A DNA stretch of 64,000 nucleotides from positions 115,527 through 179,526 of the IMG/VR virus record IMGVR_UViG_3300042561_002100. One strand, written 5' to 3'. A program made the translations under genes and the position numbers. Origin of the DNA: a virus. Positions 40,259-49,255 of this stretch are shown here, one piece after another (positions within the stretch are counted from its first letter, which is position 1; each line of letters begins with the position of its first letter). Under the pieces are notes generated by a model. The model was not told the DNA's origin and ran no database searches. It was given only the letters and a program-made list of their open reading frames with translations.

Positions 40259-41526
40259 AACTCTTGACCGACTTTCAACCAAGGCAATCTCAGAAAGAGG
40301 TTGTTGATATTATGAGTGAGCATAACAAACTCAGAATTATCGCACCTACTTCTGCAGGCAAGAGCTTTATGATCTTCTTGGATATCTTCAATAAGATGCA
40401 AACACAAGAAGATTCACTTTTTGTTATTGTTTCATCCAGAATTCTTTTACTCCAACAACTTTCTTCTGAGTATTCTAAACTTATCGGTAATACTCACATT
40501 GTTCATATGCATTCTGGAGATAGTAATAATCGTAAGATCACTGATTATCTGGAGTTCGCTTATTGGTGTGAGAAAGTCAAAGGACCAAAGGTTGTCTTTG
40601 TCACTTATCACTCATTGAAGAAGATTGTTAAATCCGAAGTAGAAATTGATGCGATTTATCTTGATGAGTGTCATAATGGTGCAAAGAAACACTTTTTTGA
40701 ATATGTTAAAGGTGCTGAAGTCATCTCCAAATCTCTTTATAGCTTCACTGCAACTCCTCGTTATCATGAGGATCCCAAAAAGAATGGTAATAACAATGTA
40801 GAAGTTTATGGTAGCGAAGTCTATAATATTAACGCGGTAGAACTCATTAAAAATGGTTCAATTCTTCCACCTAAGATTTCACCACTTCGTATTCCAGATG
40901 TACGTGAAAGAAAGAAAGATGTCCATGAAAGAGATTATTATACGTTGATGGATTGTCTTCTCAATGAAGATAATACCGATAGAGTTCTTATTACTTGTCC
41001 TTCAACAAGATCTTTGATGGATCTTCTGTGTTTGACTGATTTTGTGCAAGATCTTAACAATAATGGATATGACCTATTTCATATCACATCAAAGTATGGT
41101 GCATTCCATAATAAAACAAAACTTAAGAGAACCGAGTTTCTCAAAAGAATTGAAGATTATGGAAAAGAAGATAAAAAATTTGTGATTCTTCATTATAGTA
41201 TTCTAACAGAAGGGTGGAGCAATAATTCCATTCAATCTTCTATTTTTATGCGACCTCAGAGTATGGGTGCAACGGTACAGAATGTTGGTCGTACTTTACG
41301 ATTGGGTCATACAGATATTGAGAGAATCAATAATGGTGAATTGATTCCTGGAGATTATGACAATTATGAGAAACCATATGGTAATGTTATTGTTCCTGTT
41401 TATGAGAACACTGGTTCAAATATTCAAGAACAAGTAGAGTATGTTATTGATGAAGTGTTTGAGCGAGGTAATTATGTGTTTGATGTTATTACATCACCAA
41501 AAGAAAAAGAGAAAGAGGTGGCATGA
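40255..41526 (+). CDS. SF2 (DEAD/DEAH-box) helicase-like protein
   Basis: APTSAGKS motif I, LDECH motif II, FTAT motif III, Q.VGR.LR motif VI. Confidence 0.88.
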   Translation: MKLLTDFQPRQSQKEVVDIMSEHNKLRIIAPTSAGKSFMIFLDIFNKMQTQEDSLFVIVSSRILLLQQLSSEYSKLIGNTHIVHMHSGDSNNRKITDYLEFAYWCEKVKGPKVVFVTYHSLKKIVKSEVEIDAIYLDECHNGAKKHFFEYVKGAEVISKSLYSFTATPRYHEDPKKNGNNNVEVYGSEVYNINAVELIKNGSILPPKISPLRIPDVRERKKDVHERDYYTLMDCLLNEDNTDRVLITCPSTRSLMDLLCLTDFVQDLNNNGYDLFHITSKYGAFHNKTKLKRTEFLKRIEDYGKEDKKFVILHYSILTEGWSNNSIQSSIFMRPQSMGATVQNVGRTLRLGHTDIERINNGELIPGDYDNYEKPYGNVIVPVYENTGSNIQEQVEYVIDEVFERGNYVFDVITSPKEKEKEVA

Positions 41527-42182
41527 TGGTAGAATCTAGAAATGTTTATGATCGTTGTGATCTAGCAAATAATCCAAACACACCAACAGAAATCCTAGAA
41601 CAACTAGCGACCGATGAGAAATGGTATGTTCGTTGTCGAGTAGCAGAAAACCCAAACACACCACCAAAAGTTCTAGAACTACTAGCGACCGATGAGGATT
41701 CTAGTGTTCGTTATTGTGTAGCAATACATCCAAACACACCACCAAAAGTTCTAGAACTACTAGCGACCGATGAGGATTCTAGTGTTCGTTATTGTGTAGC
41801 AATACATCCAAACACACCACCAAAAGCCCTAGAACTACTAGCGACCGATAATGCGCCTTCTGTTCGTTATAATGTAGCAGAAAATCCAAACACTCCACCA
41901 AAAGTCCTAGTACAATTTACGACCGATGCGCATTGGAATGTTCGTTGTGGAGTAGCAGAAAATCCAAACACACCACCAAAAGCACTAGAATTACTAGCTA
42001 CCAATGGGAGTTCTAATGTTCGTTGGATAGTAGCACAAAATCCAAATACACCAATAAAAACGCTAGAAGTTCTAGCATCCGATAAGGATTATTATGTTCG
42101 TTATTGGGTATCAACTAACCCAAACACTCCACACTACATCAAAAAGTATATTAAAATTCAAGACCACCTAAAAACATTATGA
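41523..42182 (+). CDS. LRV/HEAT-like repeat protein, 7 units
   Basis: Exact tandem 78-bp duplication at ~41652-41826. Confidence 0.9.
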   Translation: MMVESRNVYDRCDLANNPNTPTEILEQLATDEKWYVRCRVAENPNTPPKVLELLATDEDSSVRYCVAIHPNTPPKVLELLATDEDSSVRYCVAIHPNTPPKALELLATDNAPSVRYNVAENPNTPPKVLVQFTTDAHWNVRCGVAENPNTPPKALELLATNGSSNVRWIVAQNPNTPIKTLEVLASDKDYYVRYWVSTNPNTPHYIKKYIKIQDHLKTL

Positions 42183-42583
42183 ACAAACTTGAACAAGCTA
42201 GAGATCCTAACACTCCACCAGAGATCCTAGAACAACTAGCTACCGATGAAGATTCTTGTGTTCGTTCTAGGGTAGCAAGACATCCTAACACTCTACCAAC
42301 AACATTAGAACTTTTAGCTACTGATAATGATTATTGGGTTCTTTGGGATGTAACAGAACATCCAAACACACCACCAAAAGTTCTAGAACAACTAGCGACC
42401 GATTATCGATATTGGGTTCGTTGGAACGTAGCAGAAAATCCAAACACTCCACCAAAAGTTCTAGAACAACTGGCAACTGATGAGAGTTATAGAGTTCGTT
42501 ATTACGTGGCAGGAAATCCAAACACACCCCGCTACATCAAAAAGTATCTTAAAATTCAAGAGCAGCTTAGGTCACTTCCATAA
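42179..42583 (+). CDS. LRV/HEAT-like repeat protein, 4 units
   Basis: ATGA-coupled to the preceding paralogue; its stop overlaps a promoter box. Confidence 0.9.
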   Translation: MNKLEQARDPNTPPEILEQLATDEDSCVRSRVARHPNTLPTTLELLATDNDYWVLWDVTEHPNTPPKVLEQLATDYRYWVRWNVAENPNTPPKVLEQLATDESYRVRYYVAGNPNTPRYIKKYLKIQEQLRSLP

Positions 42584-42627
42584 CTGTCACAATAACCACG
42601 GATAACACCATAGAAATCTGCTATAGT
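42582..42627 (+). promoter_or_regulatory. Early promoter with upstream box
   Basis: AACTGTCAC; TG-C-TATAGT at +40. Confidence 0.7.
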
Positions 42628-42649
42628 TTGTGATAATTACAAATTTCTC

Positions 42650-43393
42650 ATGTCCAACTATGTTTTTATTGGAGACGTACATTCACAATACTCTAATTTT
42701 TCTGCTGCTATTCGGTGGGTCCAGGAGAATGTAGAGGATTATCACATCATTCAAGGTGGTGATCTTTTTGATTCACGTACACAAGAATCCGATTCATTGG
42801 GTGTCTATAATCTAGTTCGCTCTCTTGGAGATAAAATCACGGTTCTTCATTCCAATCATCATCTTAAACTTTATAAGTATCTTACTCAAGATAATAACAA
42901 TATGCAAAATCTTGAGTCACTTATGAGAACGGTGAATGATTTTGGATTTGATACTAACGAAGAACTTAGAGATGAAGTGACAAAATGGCTGTCATCTCTT
43001 TCGTATGGAGTCGCAATTAAGGATAATGATGGTCTTGAGTATAGAGCATGTCATGCTTATTGGTTCTCACGTCTTTATGTGTCACATGATTATAAAGGAA
43101 TTTATAAGATCTTTGATGTATCTTCTAAGGCAAAGGGTCAGATGCTTTATGGTATCTCTCGTCGTGGAGTAGATGGTAATTCTGAACAAATTTTATGGTG
43201 GAATTCAACTGAACATAGGCAACACGAAACTTTCGTAAGAGTTGCTTTTCATTATCATACTGTTTCAATTGATCTTCAAAATCGTTATCTGATTCTGGAT
43301 GGATCTTGTGGTGATGATAATGGAACTTTAATTGCTTATGATGTGAACAATAAGCAATGTGTAGGTTTTCAAAGTGGCACAAGACTTTTCTAA
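42650..43393 (+). CDS. Calcineurin-like metallophosphoesterase
   Basis: FIGDVH, GGDLFD, SNH, CHA, FHYH motifs. Confidence 0.85.
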   Translation: MSNYVFIGDVHSQYSNFSAAIRWVQENVEDYHIIQGGDLFDSRTQESDSLGVYNLVRSLGDKITVLHSNHHLKLYKYLTQDNNNMQNLESLMRTVNDFGFDTNEELRDEVTKWLSSLSYGVAIKDNDGLEYRACHAYWFSRLYVSHDYKGIYKIFDVSSKAKGQMLYGISRRGVDGNSEQILWWNSTEHRQHETFVRVAFHYHTVSIDLQNRYLILDGSCGDDNGTLIAYDVNNKQCVGFQSGTRLF

Positions 43394-43416
43394 ACACTTT
43401 CTAAACATGTTATGGT
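43372..43416 (+). promoter_or_regulatory. Early promoter with upstream box
   Basis: AAGTGGCAC; TG-T-TATGGT at +39. Confidence 0.7.
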
Positions 43417-43579
43417 ACTTGAAAATTGGAGAACTCAATGGCTCTTGACAAATTTTTGACTCAACTTCTTCTTGATTTGGAAGATCTTGAGAATGACATT
43501 AAATATGATCTTCCAGGTGAAAGTGTTCCTGCATCTAAGCTCAGAGACATTATTGAAAACGTGGAAGATTATCAAGAAA

Positions 43580-43732
43580 ATGAGGTATAAAGTTATCTTT
43601 TTTAAACCCAAAAAGAAGAGAGGCTTCTTTTCTAGACAAGAAGCCACATTCTTTGATATTGAATCTGCATTCTTCTATCAAACAAAGATGGAACAACTAG
43701 GTTCAAAAGATTTCAAAATCATTCCAATTTGA
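43580..43732 (+). CDS. Small conserved cyanophage protein
   Basis: MRYKVIFFKPKKK...QEATFFDIE.A..Y...M; start moved from the ORF track. Confidence 0.6.
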   Translation: MRYKVIFFKPKKKRGFFSRQEATFFDIESAFFYQTKMEQLGSKDFKIIPI

Positions 43733-44189
43733 TGAGGCTTTAACAATGACTCAAACTCTAATCCGAACCGAAATGCCCCGAATTGTTGATGTTGAGCCTT
43801 ATTTTGATAATAATTTTTGGTGGGCTCACATTAGATACAGTGATGGTGGTGAGGATGTTCATGGACCTTTTGATTCTAAAGAAAAAGCTGAAGGAGTTAT
43901 CTTTTGATGACTTTGAAAGTTCATTATATCAGATCTCCGACGAGCAAGGATTTCTTTCTCCCGATCAGATGTTGATCATGGGAGTTAAAGTTCATGTTCA
44001 TTTATTCGTTTCTGATTTTTTAGATCTATTCATTTACTCAAGACTCAAACTATGAAACTCAAACCGCTTTATCCCGAACCGAAAACCGAAGAGTCATCCT
44101 CAGAAGAACGAATTATGGATTTGCTTTTAGAAGACGATGACGAACAGGAATATCCTGAATATGATGACGTTCCACCCGCAATCTGAATC

Positions 44190-44459
44190 ATGTCTGACAT
44201 TCTTGAAATCATTCGTGTTGAAATTGATTATCAACCAAAGACCTCTACTCTATGGATGAGAGTTCAGGCGCTTGTTGATAACATGGTTCTGGTTCATCAT
44301 CAGACTCTATATGATCCAGAAGAATATGAACCCGCTGTATGTGTAACGGAACTGACTCTTGATGATTATGAACCAGATCTAGTTCTTAACAACGAGAATG
44401 TTGCTGAGATTTTGGAGGAATCTGGATGTACCTGGACCCTTTACGAAGGTGACACTTGA
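44190..44459 (+). CDS. Conserved cyanomyovirus hypothetical protein
   Basis: V.ALVDNMVLVHHQT.YDPEEY.PA.C. Confidence 0.7.
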   Translation: MSDILEIIRVEIDYQPKTSTLWMRVQALVDNMVLVHHQTLYDPEEYEPAVCVTELTLDDYEPDLVLNNENVAEILEESGCTWTLYEGDT

Positions 44460-44461
44460 AG

Positions 44462-44506
44462 AACTGCCACATAACCACTTGAAATTTGGAGAAAACGTGC
44501 TATGGT
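44462..44506 (+). promoter_or_regulatory. Early promoter with upstream box
   Basis: AACTGCCAC; TTGAAA; TG-C-TATGGT at +39. Confidence 0.75.
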
Positions 44507-44909
44507 CAATTTGTCGGGCGATCTATTAGATGAGGATAGTTTTCCTGAATTTCATCAGGAATTGCTAGACTCCGACACACTTAAAATTTTGGAAAATTAC
44601 GAAATGGAATCTGTTATGAATTCTGTAGAAACACAACCCACTATGGGTCAACTGAATGTTGGTCCTAACAATACTTTTGAAGCCACTTTCGCTGAAGCAG
44701 GAAGTAGTGCTATTTCTTTTATGTCATATATGAATGAACAACTTACGGTGAGATTCCGCAACTCCACACGAGAATATCAATATCTGGTTTCAGACTCAGC
44801 TCTGACTGAAATTATGGCTGAAGTTCGGGCTACTCTTGTTGATGCTGAAGGATCCGTTGGTACTCTTATTCAACGTATGACTCGTCAAAATATCATTCAA
44901 CTTGTTTGA
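44502..44909 (+). CDS. Hypothetical protein, possibly KTSC-like
   Basis: SSAISFMSY..EQLTVRF.NS..EYQY; true start probably downstream because the track start lies in the -10. Confidence 0.5.
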   Translation: MVNLSGDLLDEDSFPEFHQELLDSDTLKILENYEMESVMNSVETQPTMGQLNVGPNNTFEATFAEAGSSAISFMSYMNEQLTVRFRNSTREYQYLVSDSALTEIMAEVRATLVDAEGSVGTLIQRMTRQNIIQLV

Positions 44910-45056
44910 GGAACTTATGTATCATAAAAAAATTGAAACACAGAAAGAAGCACTAGATTTTATCAGAAAGGGTGAGGTGGTAGATCTTCTTGATCGTCTT
45001 GATCGTCTTGTTGAGATGATTGGTGAAAAAGGAAGTGAAGAGTCCGAAGGAGAGAC

Positions 45057-45605
45057 TTGATGACTAAGTTCAAAGAAGGTGATATTGTCATCTCAAAAAA
45101 TGGTAAATATCCAGCTAGAGTAACCGAGAATAATTCTTGGGGTGGTTATACTAATATTGTTTATCTACACAACAATTCATACTCCACTCTAGTAACAGAC
45201 AATCTTATTCTTTATAATGAATCCGAAAACATGACCACTGAAACTCAAATGCTTTATCAATTCAAAACCGAAGATAGTTCTACTGCCTACGGCACACACA
45301 TTGGAACCAATTCTAAAAGTCTTTGGTTAATGGAAGAAAAGGGCTCAGGTAGAGTTCTTACCATTGATCCGAAAGATGCCGAAGAGGTGCTTCCTTATAC
45401 CTTTAGTGTCAAAATGCGAGGTAACACTACTCACTATATCGGTGAAGAGGGTATGGTTAGCACGGGAGATGTTCTTCTATACACTGGAGGAGATTATCCT
45501 GAAATCGCTACCGTTACCGCTGTCAACACAAAAAATAAATCCGCTCGCGCCAAATTCACTGGTCGTAGAGTGGTCACCGAACAACTTACCCAAACTGCTG
45601 TATAA
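45057..45605 (+). CDS. Hypothetical protein
   Basis: 182-aa ORF; EEVLPYTFSVK. Confidence 0.65.
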   Translation: MMTKFKEGDIVISKNGKYPARVTENNSWGGYTNIVYLHNNSYSTLVTDNLILYNESENMTTETQMLYQFKTEDSSTAYGTHIGTNSKSLWLMEEKGSGRVLTIDPKDAEEVLPYTFSVKMRGNTTHYIGEEGMVSTGDVLLYTGGDYPEIATVTAVNTKNKSARAKFTGRRVVTEQLTQTAV

Positions 45606-45607
45606 TT

Positions 45608-45811
45608 ATGATTGAACAAATGACAAGAGAAGAAGAAGTTTCTCTAATTTTAGAGGACATCTTTGATGGTGATAATGATTCTCAAGATCGCTGTGTTCAG
45701 CAACTTGCAGAAATGCATGATCTTGTTTACTCTGAAATGAGCAAAGAAGAAATTGAAGAACTGATTATTGAGAATGAGGATACTCTTTATTCTCTATCAA
45801 TGGCTGCTTGA
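45608..45811 (+). CDS. Acidic hypothetical protein
   Basis: Operon ORF ending just before the terminator. Confidence 0.6.
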   Translation: MIEQMTREEEVSLILEDIFDGDNDSQDRCVQQLAEMHDLVYSEMSKEEIEELIIENEDTLYSLSMAA

Positions 45812-45826
45812 CATAAGCAACTTCCT

Positions 45827-45862
45827 GAGGAGTGTCTACGGATGCTCCTCTTTAGTCCTTTT
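45827..45862 (+). terminator. Intrinsic terminator
   Basis: GAGGAGTGTC-TACG-GATGCTCCTC stem followed by T-rich tail. Confidence 0.7.
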
Positions 45863-46062
45863 TGGTAATTCCTATGAAAAAAACTTATTCACATCACACA
45901 TGGCTACTATATGCTCCCAAAAAGGCTACTGAGATCTCAAATTTTTTGAATGAAAAACGTGAAGAAGGATTGATGTATGCTCCCAAAAATGTAGGAAAAA
46001 ATAAATACTCGCTTGTGGAAGTTTTTGATTCTGAAGGTTATTCTTTGGGTTATTTGGGCTGA
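45862..46062 (+). CDS. Hypothetical protein
   Basis: Probable start ATG at MKKTYS. Confidence 0.5.
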   Translation: MVIPMKKTYSHHTWLLYAPKKATEISNFLNEKREEGLMYAPKNVGKNKYSLVEVFDSEGYSLGYLG

Positions 46063-46067
46063 TTGAT

Positions 46068-46415
46068 ATGGTTTATGCTATAGAACTCGTAGCACAAAAA
46101 ATTTCATTGGTGCTAAATCTAAACACTCCAACAGAAATTTTAGAGCTTCTAGAGTCTGATAAGAGTTATGGTGTTCGTATTGGTGTAGCAAAACATCCAA
46201 ACACCCCAACAGAAATCCTAGAACAACTAGCGACCGATGAGGATGATTTGATTCGTTATTGGGTAGCAAATAATCCAAACACACCACCAAAAGTCTTAGA
46301 AATTCTAGCGACCGATGAGAATTATCTTGTTCGTTATTGGGTAGCAAATCATCCAAATACCCCACGCTACATCAAAAAGTATCTTAAAATTCAAAAACAT
46401 TTGGCTAAATTATGA
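46068..46415 (+). CDS. LRV/HEAT-like repeat protein, 3 units
   Basis: Repeat plus C-cap; ATGA-coupled to next paralogue. Confidence 0.88.
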   Translation: MVYAIELVAQKISLVLNLNTPTEILELLESDKSYGVRIGVAKHPNTPTEILEQLATDEDDLIRYWVANNPNTPPKVLEILATDENYLVRYWVANHPNTPRYIKKYLKIQKHLAKL

Positions 46416-46969
46416 ACAAACGTGAACAAGCTATTGATCCAAAAACACCACCAAAAGTCCTAGAACAACTAGCGACCGATAAGAATTCTTGGGTTCGTTG
46501 GGGAATATCACTAAACCCAAACACACCACCAAAAGCCCTAGAACAACTAGCGACCGATGAGTATTATGGGGTTCGTTGTTATGTAGCAAAAAATATAAAC
46601 GCGCCACCAAAAGTCCTAGAACAACTAGCGACCGATGAGAATTCTGATGTTCGTTGGGGAATATCACTAAACCCAAACACACCACCAAAAGTCCTAGAAC
46701 AACTAGCGACAGATGATAATTATTGGGTTCGTCGCGGTGTAGCGTGTCATTCAAACACATCACCAAAAGTTCTAGAACAACTAGCGACCGATGATTATTG
46801 GGATGTTCGTTGGAGTGTGGCAAATAATCCAAACACCCCACCAAAAGTCCTAGAACTTCTAGCGACCGATGAGTATTCTGTTGTTCGGTATTATGTAGCA
46901 CTAAATCCAAACACACCACACTATATCAAAAAGTATCTTAAAATTCAAGATCATCTAGCGATATTATGA
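46412..46969 (+). CDS. LRV/HEAT-like repeat protein, 6 units
   Basis: Repeat plus caps; unit VRWGISLNPN occurs twice. Confidence 0.9.
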   Translation: MNKREQAIDPKTPPKVLEQLATDKNSWVRWGISLNPNTPPKALEQLATDEYYGVRCYVAKNINAPPKVLEQLATDENSDVRWGISLNPNTPPKVLEQLATDDNYWVRRGVACHSNTSPKVLEQLATDDYWDVRWSVANNPNTPPKVLELLATDEYSVVRYYVALNPNTPHYIKKYLKIQDHLAIL

Positions 46970-47122
46970 AGCATTATACAGTTAGAAGTCACACCGAATC
47001 ATTTCAAACAGATTCGTTAGATGAAGCACATTCTGTAATGGAATCAATGGCATTTTATTATGGATGTGCATCTATTATTGATAATACAACAAATAAGATC
47101 ATAGAGGAGTGGACGGTATGAA

Positions 47123-47167
47123 AACTGTCCCCTTTCGTTCCTAACCACACCTTGTCTACCCTATACT
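47123..47167 (+). promoter_or_regulatory. Early promoter with upstream box
   Basis: AACTGTCC; TATACT at +39. Confidence 0.65.
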
Positions 47168-47188
47168 AATTCTAGTTAAATTGAATTC

Positions 47189-47437
47189 ATGAACATCTTA
47201 AATGACAATCAGACCAAGCTCGTTGAAAATGCGCTCACGCGACTTAAAACGCATCATACTCAAGTTATTTCGCAACATTATCTTGATGTTGACGCGAACG
47301 AAACAGTGCAAACGTCTGTTGAGATCATTAAGCAAATTGACGATCTTCTCTATTGTTTTTCAAATCATTCACCTCTTTACATTCTAAACGAGAATACCGA
47401 CGAAAAGATTTTGGCTGACATTTTTCATGATCTATAA
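47189..47437 (+). CDS. Hypothetical protein
   Basis: First ORF after promoter. Confidence 0.6.
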   Translation: MNILNDNQTKLVENALTRLKTHHTQVISQHYLDVDANETVQTSVEIIKQIDDLLYCFSNHSPLYILNENTDEKILADIFHDL

Positions 47438-47888
47438 AAACGAGGAATTTATTGTTCCTTCGGTTTCTTTTTTGAAGAGTAGAATTTTAGATCAAGTTAT
47501 TGCTGTAGCTATGGCGAGTAACGGACCCAAACGAATGGGTGCAATTTTACTTAAAAAAAACAGAGTCGTCGCTGCTGCTTGTAACAACTATGAAAAATCT
47601 GATGCATTTCAATTCAGAATCTCTAACAGAGCATCCTTGGTCTACAACAAACCAGAATACTCTAAACGAGTTTTTGGACATGCTGAAACACTTGCCATCA
47701 AACAAATCAGAAATGGTGATGCCGACACGATTGTTGTTTGTCGTCTTTCGGGAAAGTATTCTTCCAGAAAGTTGAGAATGGCAAGACCTTGTAGAATCTG
47801 CACTCATCTAATTTTGAATTTTTATTCGTCCATTAGACACATTCATTATTCAACTGAAAACGGATTTCTTTACGAGCAATGGCAATGA
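47427..47888 (+). CDS. Zinc-dependent cytidine/dCMP deaminase-family protein
   Basis: HAE ... PCxxC (GHAETLAI, ARPCRIC). Confidence 0.85.
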   Translation: MIYKNEEFIVPSVSFLKSRILDQVIAVAMASNGPKRMGAILLKKNRVVAAACNNYEKSDAFQFRISNRASLVYNKPEYSKRVFGHAETLAIKQIRNGDADTIVVCRLSGKYSSRKLRMARPCRICTHLILNFYSSIRHIHYSTENGFLYEQWQ

Positions 47889-48151
47889 AAACGATTTCAC
47901 TTCTTGAGGCATACCGACTACTGAAAAAGTATCGGTATGTTATTTTTGATGAAGACACTTCTAGAATGACTCTCAATCTTAATGAAGAGGGTCTTATCAT
48001 CAAATTGAAGAATAAAGGATCCGAAAATGTTATGTTGTTCCCATATGAATTCAATGAGAGTGTTGAAGTGAATGAAAGTGTTATCACTTTTTATGATAGA
48101 ATGAAATGGCGACACGATTTTGAACCTCTGATGAAAGCGGAGTTATTGTGA
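47879..48151 (+). CDS. Hypothetical protein
   Basis: Coupled operon ORF. Confidence 0.55.
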   Translation: MAMKTISLLEAYRLLKKYRYVIFDEDTSRMTLNLNEEGLIIKLKNKGSENVMLFPYEFNESVEVNESVITFYDRMKWRHDFEPLMKAELL

Positions 48152-48483
48152 ATCATATTGAAAGGCTTACTCTAGCAGATGATCCAAACACACCACCAAA
48201 AGCTCTAGAACAACTAGCGACTGATGAGAGTTATTATGTTCGTTGTTGGGTAGCACTAAATCCAAACACTTCTCCAAAAGCCCTAGAACAACTAGCGACC
48301 GATGAGGATCTTTATGTTTGTCGTGGTGTAGCAAATAATCCAAACACACCACCAAAAGCCCTAGAACAACTAGCGACTGATGAGGATTCTTATGTTCGTT
48401 ATTGTGTAGCACAAAATCCAAACACTCCCCACTACATCAAAAAGTATATTAAAATTAAACAACATCTTAGGTCACTTCCATAA
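48148..48483 (+). CDS. LRV/HEAT-like repeat protein, 3 units
   Basis: Repeat plus C-cap; 3' end shared with gene 42179-42583. Confidence 0.9.
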   Translation: MNHIERLTLADDPNTPPKALEQLATDESYYVRCWVALNPNTSPKALEQLATDEDLYVCRGVANNPNTPPKALEQLATDEDSYVRYCVAQNPNTPHYIKKYIKIKQHLRSLP

Positions 48484-48526
48484 CTGTCCACCACACCACC
48501 ATAAATACCATAAAGGGTGTTATGGT
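48482..48526 (+). promoter_or_regulatory. Early promoter with upstream box (drives tRNA-Arg and tsf)
   Basis: AACTGTCCAC; TG-T-TATGGT at +39. Confidence 0.7.
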
Positions 48527-48547
48527 TTAGAAGTCGTCAAGACACAT

Positions 48548-48621
48548 GGCCCAGTAGCTCAGCGGATTAGAGTAGTCGGCTTCTACCCGATATGTCGCAG
48601 GTTCGAATCCTGCCTGGGTCG
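48548..48621 (+). tRNA. tRNA-Arg(TCT)
   Basis: GGCCCAG/CTGGGTC acceptor; GTCGG-CT TCT AC-CCGAT; GCAGG-TTCGAAT-CCTGC; no encoded CCA. Confidence 0.95.
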
Positions 48622-48645
48622 TTTAATTCGTTACCTTTATCATTT

Positions 48646-49068
48646 ATGGAAATCTCTGACCTTGAAGATAAAATTTCAGATCTAGATAATAAAATTGACG
48701 AACTTCGTTTTGAGTTTAATCAACAAGTAGGATTTATTACTGAAGCAATCACCCAATTAGATGAAGACTTCATAACAACCGCGATCATCAATAACCTATT
48801 ACCAGATTCAATCAAAGATTATATCGTTAATAATTACAAGAAATTTAGCAGTAAAATTGTTTCTACACTTCTAGAATCAGAGTATTTTTATGCCGATATT
48901 CTTTTCCGATATAATTATCATTCAAACAAAACATACTATTCTAAAATATTAGAAGAATATCAATATTTGGAATACATTCTAGACAATCCCAACTTAAGTC
49001 CATATAACAAAAAAGAAATTAAAAAACGCATCGCAAAACACAAAAGAGATCTAAAAAACGATGACTGA
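48646..49068 (+). CDS. Hypothetical protein
   Basis: Track start overlaps the tRNA; ATG 48646 used. Confidence 0.6.
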   Translation: MEISDLEDKISDLDNKIDELRFEFNQQVGFITEAITQLDEDFITTAIINNLLPDSIKDYIVNNYKKFSSKIVSTLLESEYFYADILFRYNYHSNKTYYSKILEEYQYLEYILDNPNLSPYNKKEIKKRIAKHKRDLKNDD

Positions 49069-49255
49069 AGATGAATTGGGTGATAAACTAAAACAACTAG
49101 AACAACAAGAAGCCGGAAGAAAAGCCGATCCTTTTCTTCCTCTTATGGCAGAAAGTGAGATTGAATATTATGCTTTACAACGTTGGATAGAAAATCAATA
49201 TAACATTATTGAAGAAGTAGAGCCACCAGAACAACCTGAACATTTTTATCCATGA
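49061..49255 (+). CDS. Hypothetical protein
   Basis: Coupled to tsf by ATGA. Confidence 0.55.
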   Translation: MTEDELGDKLKQLEQQEAGRKADPFLPLMAESEIEYYALQRWIENQYNIIEEVEPPEQPEHFYP

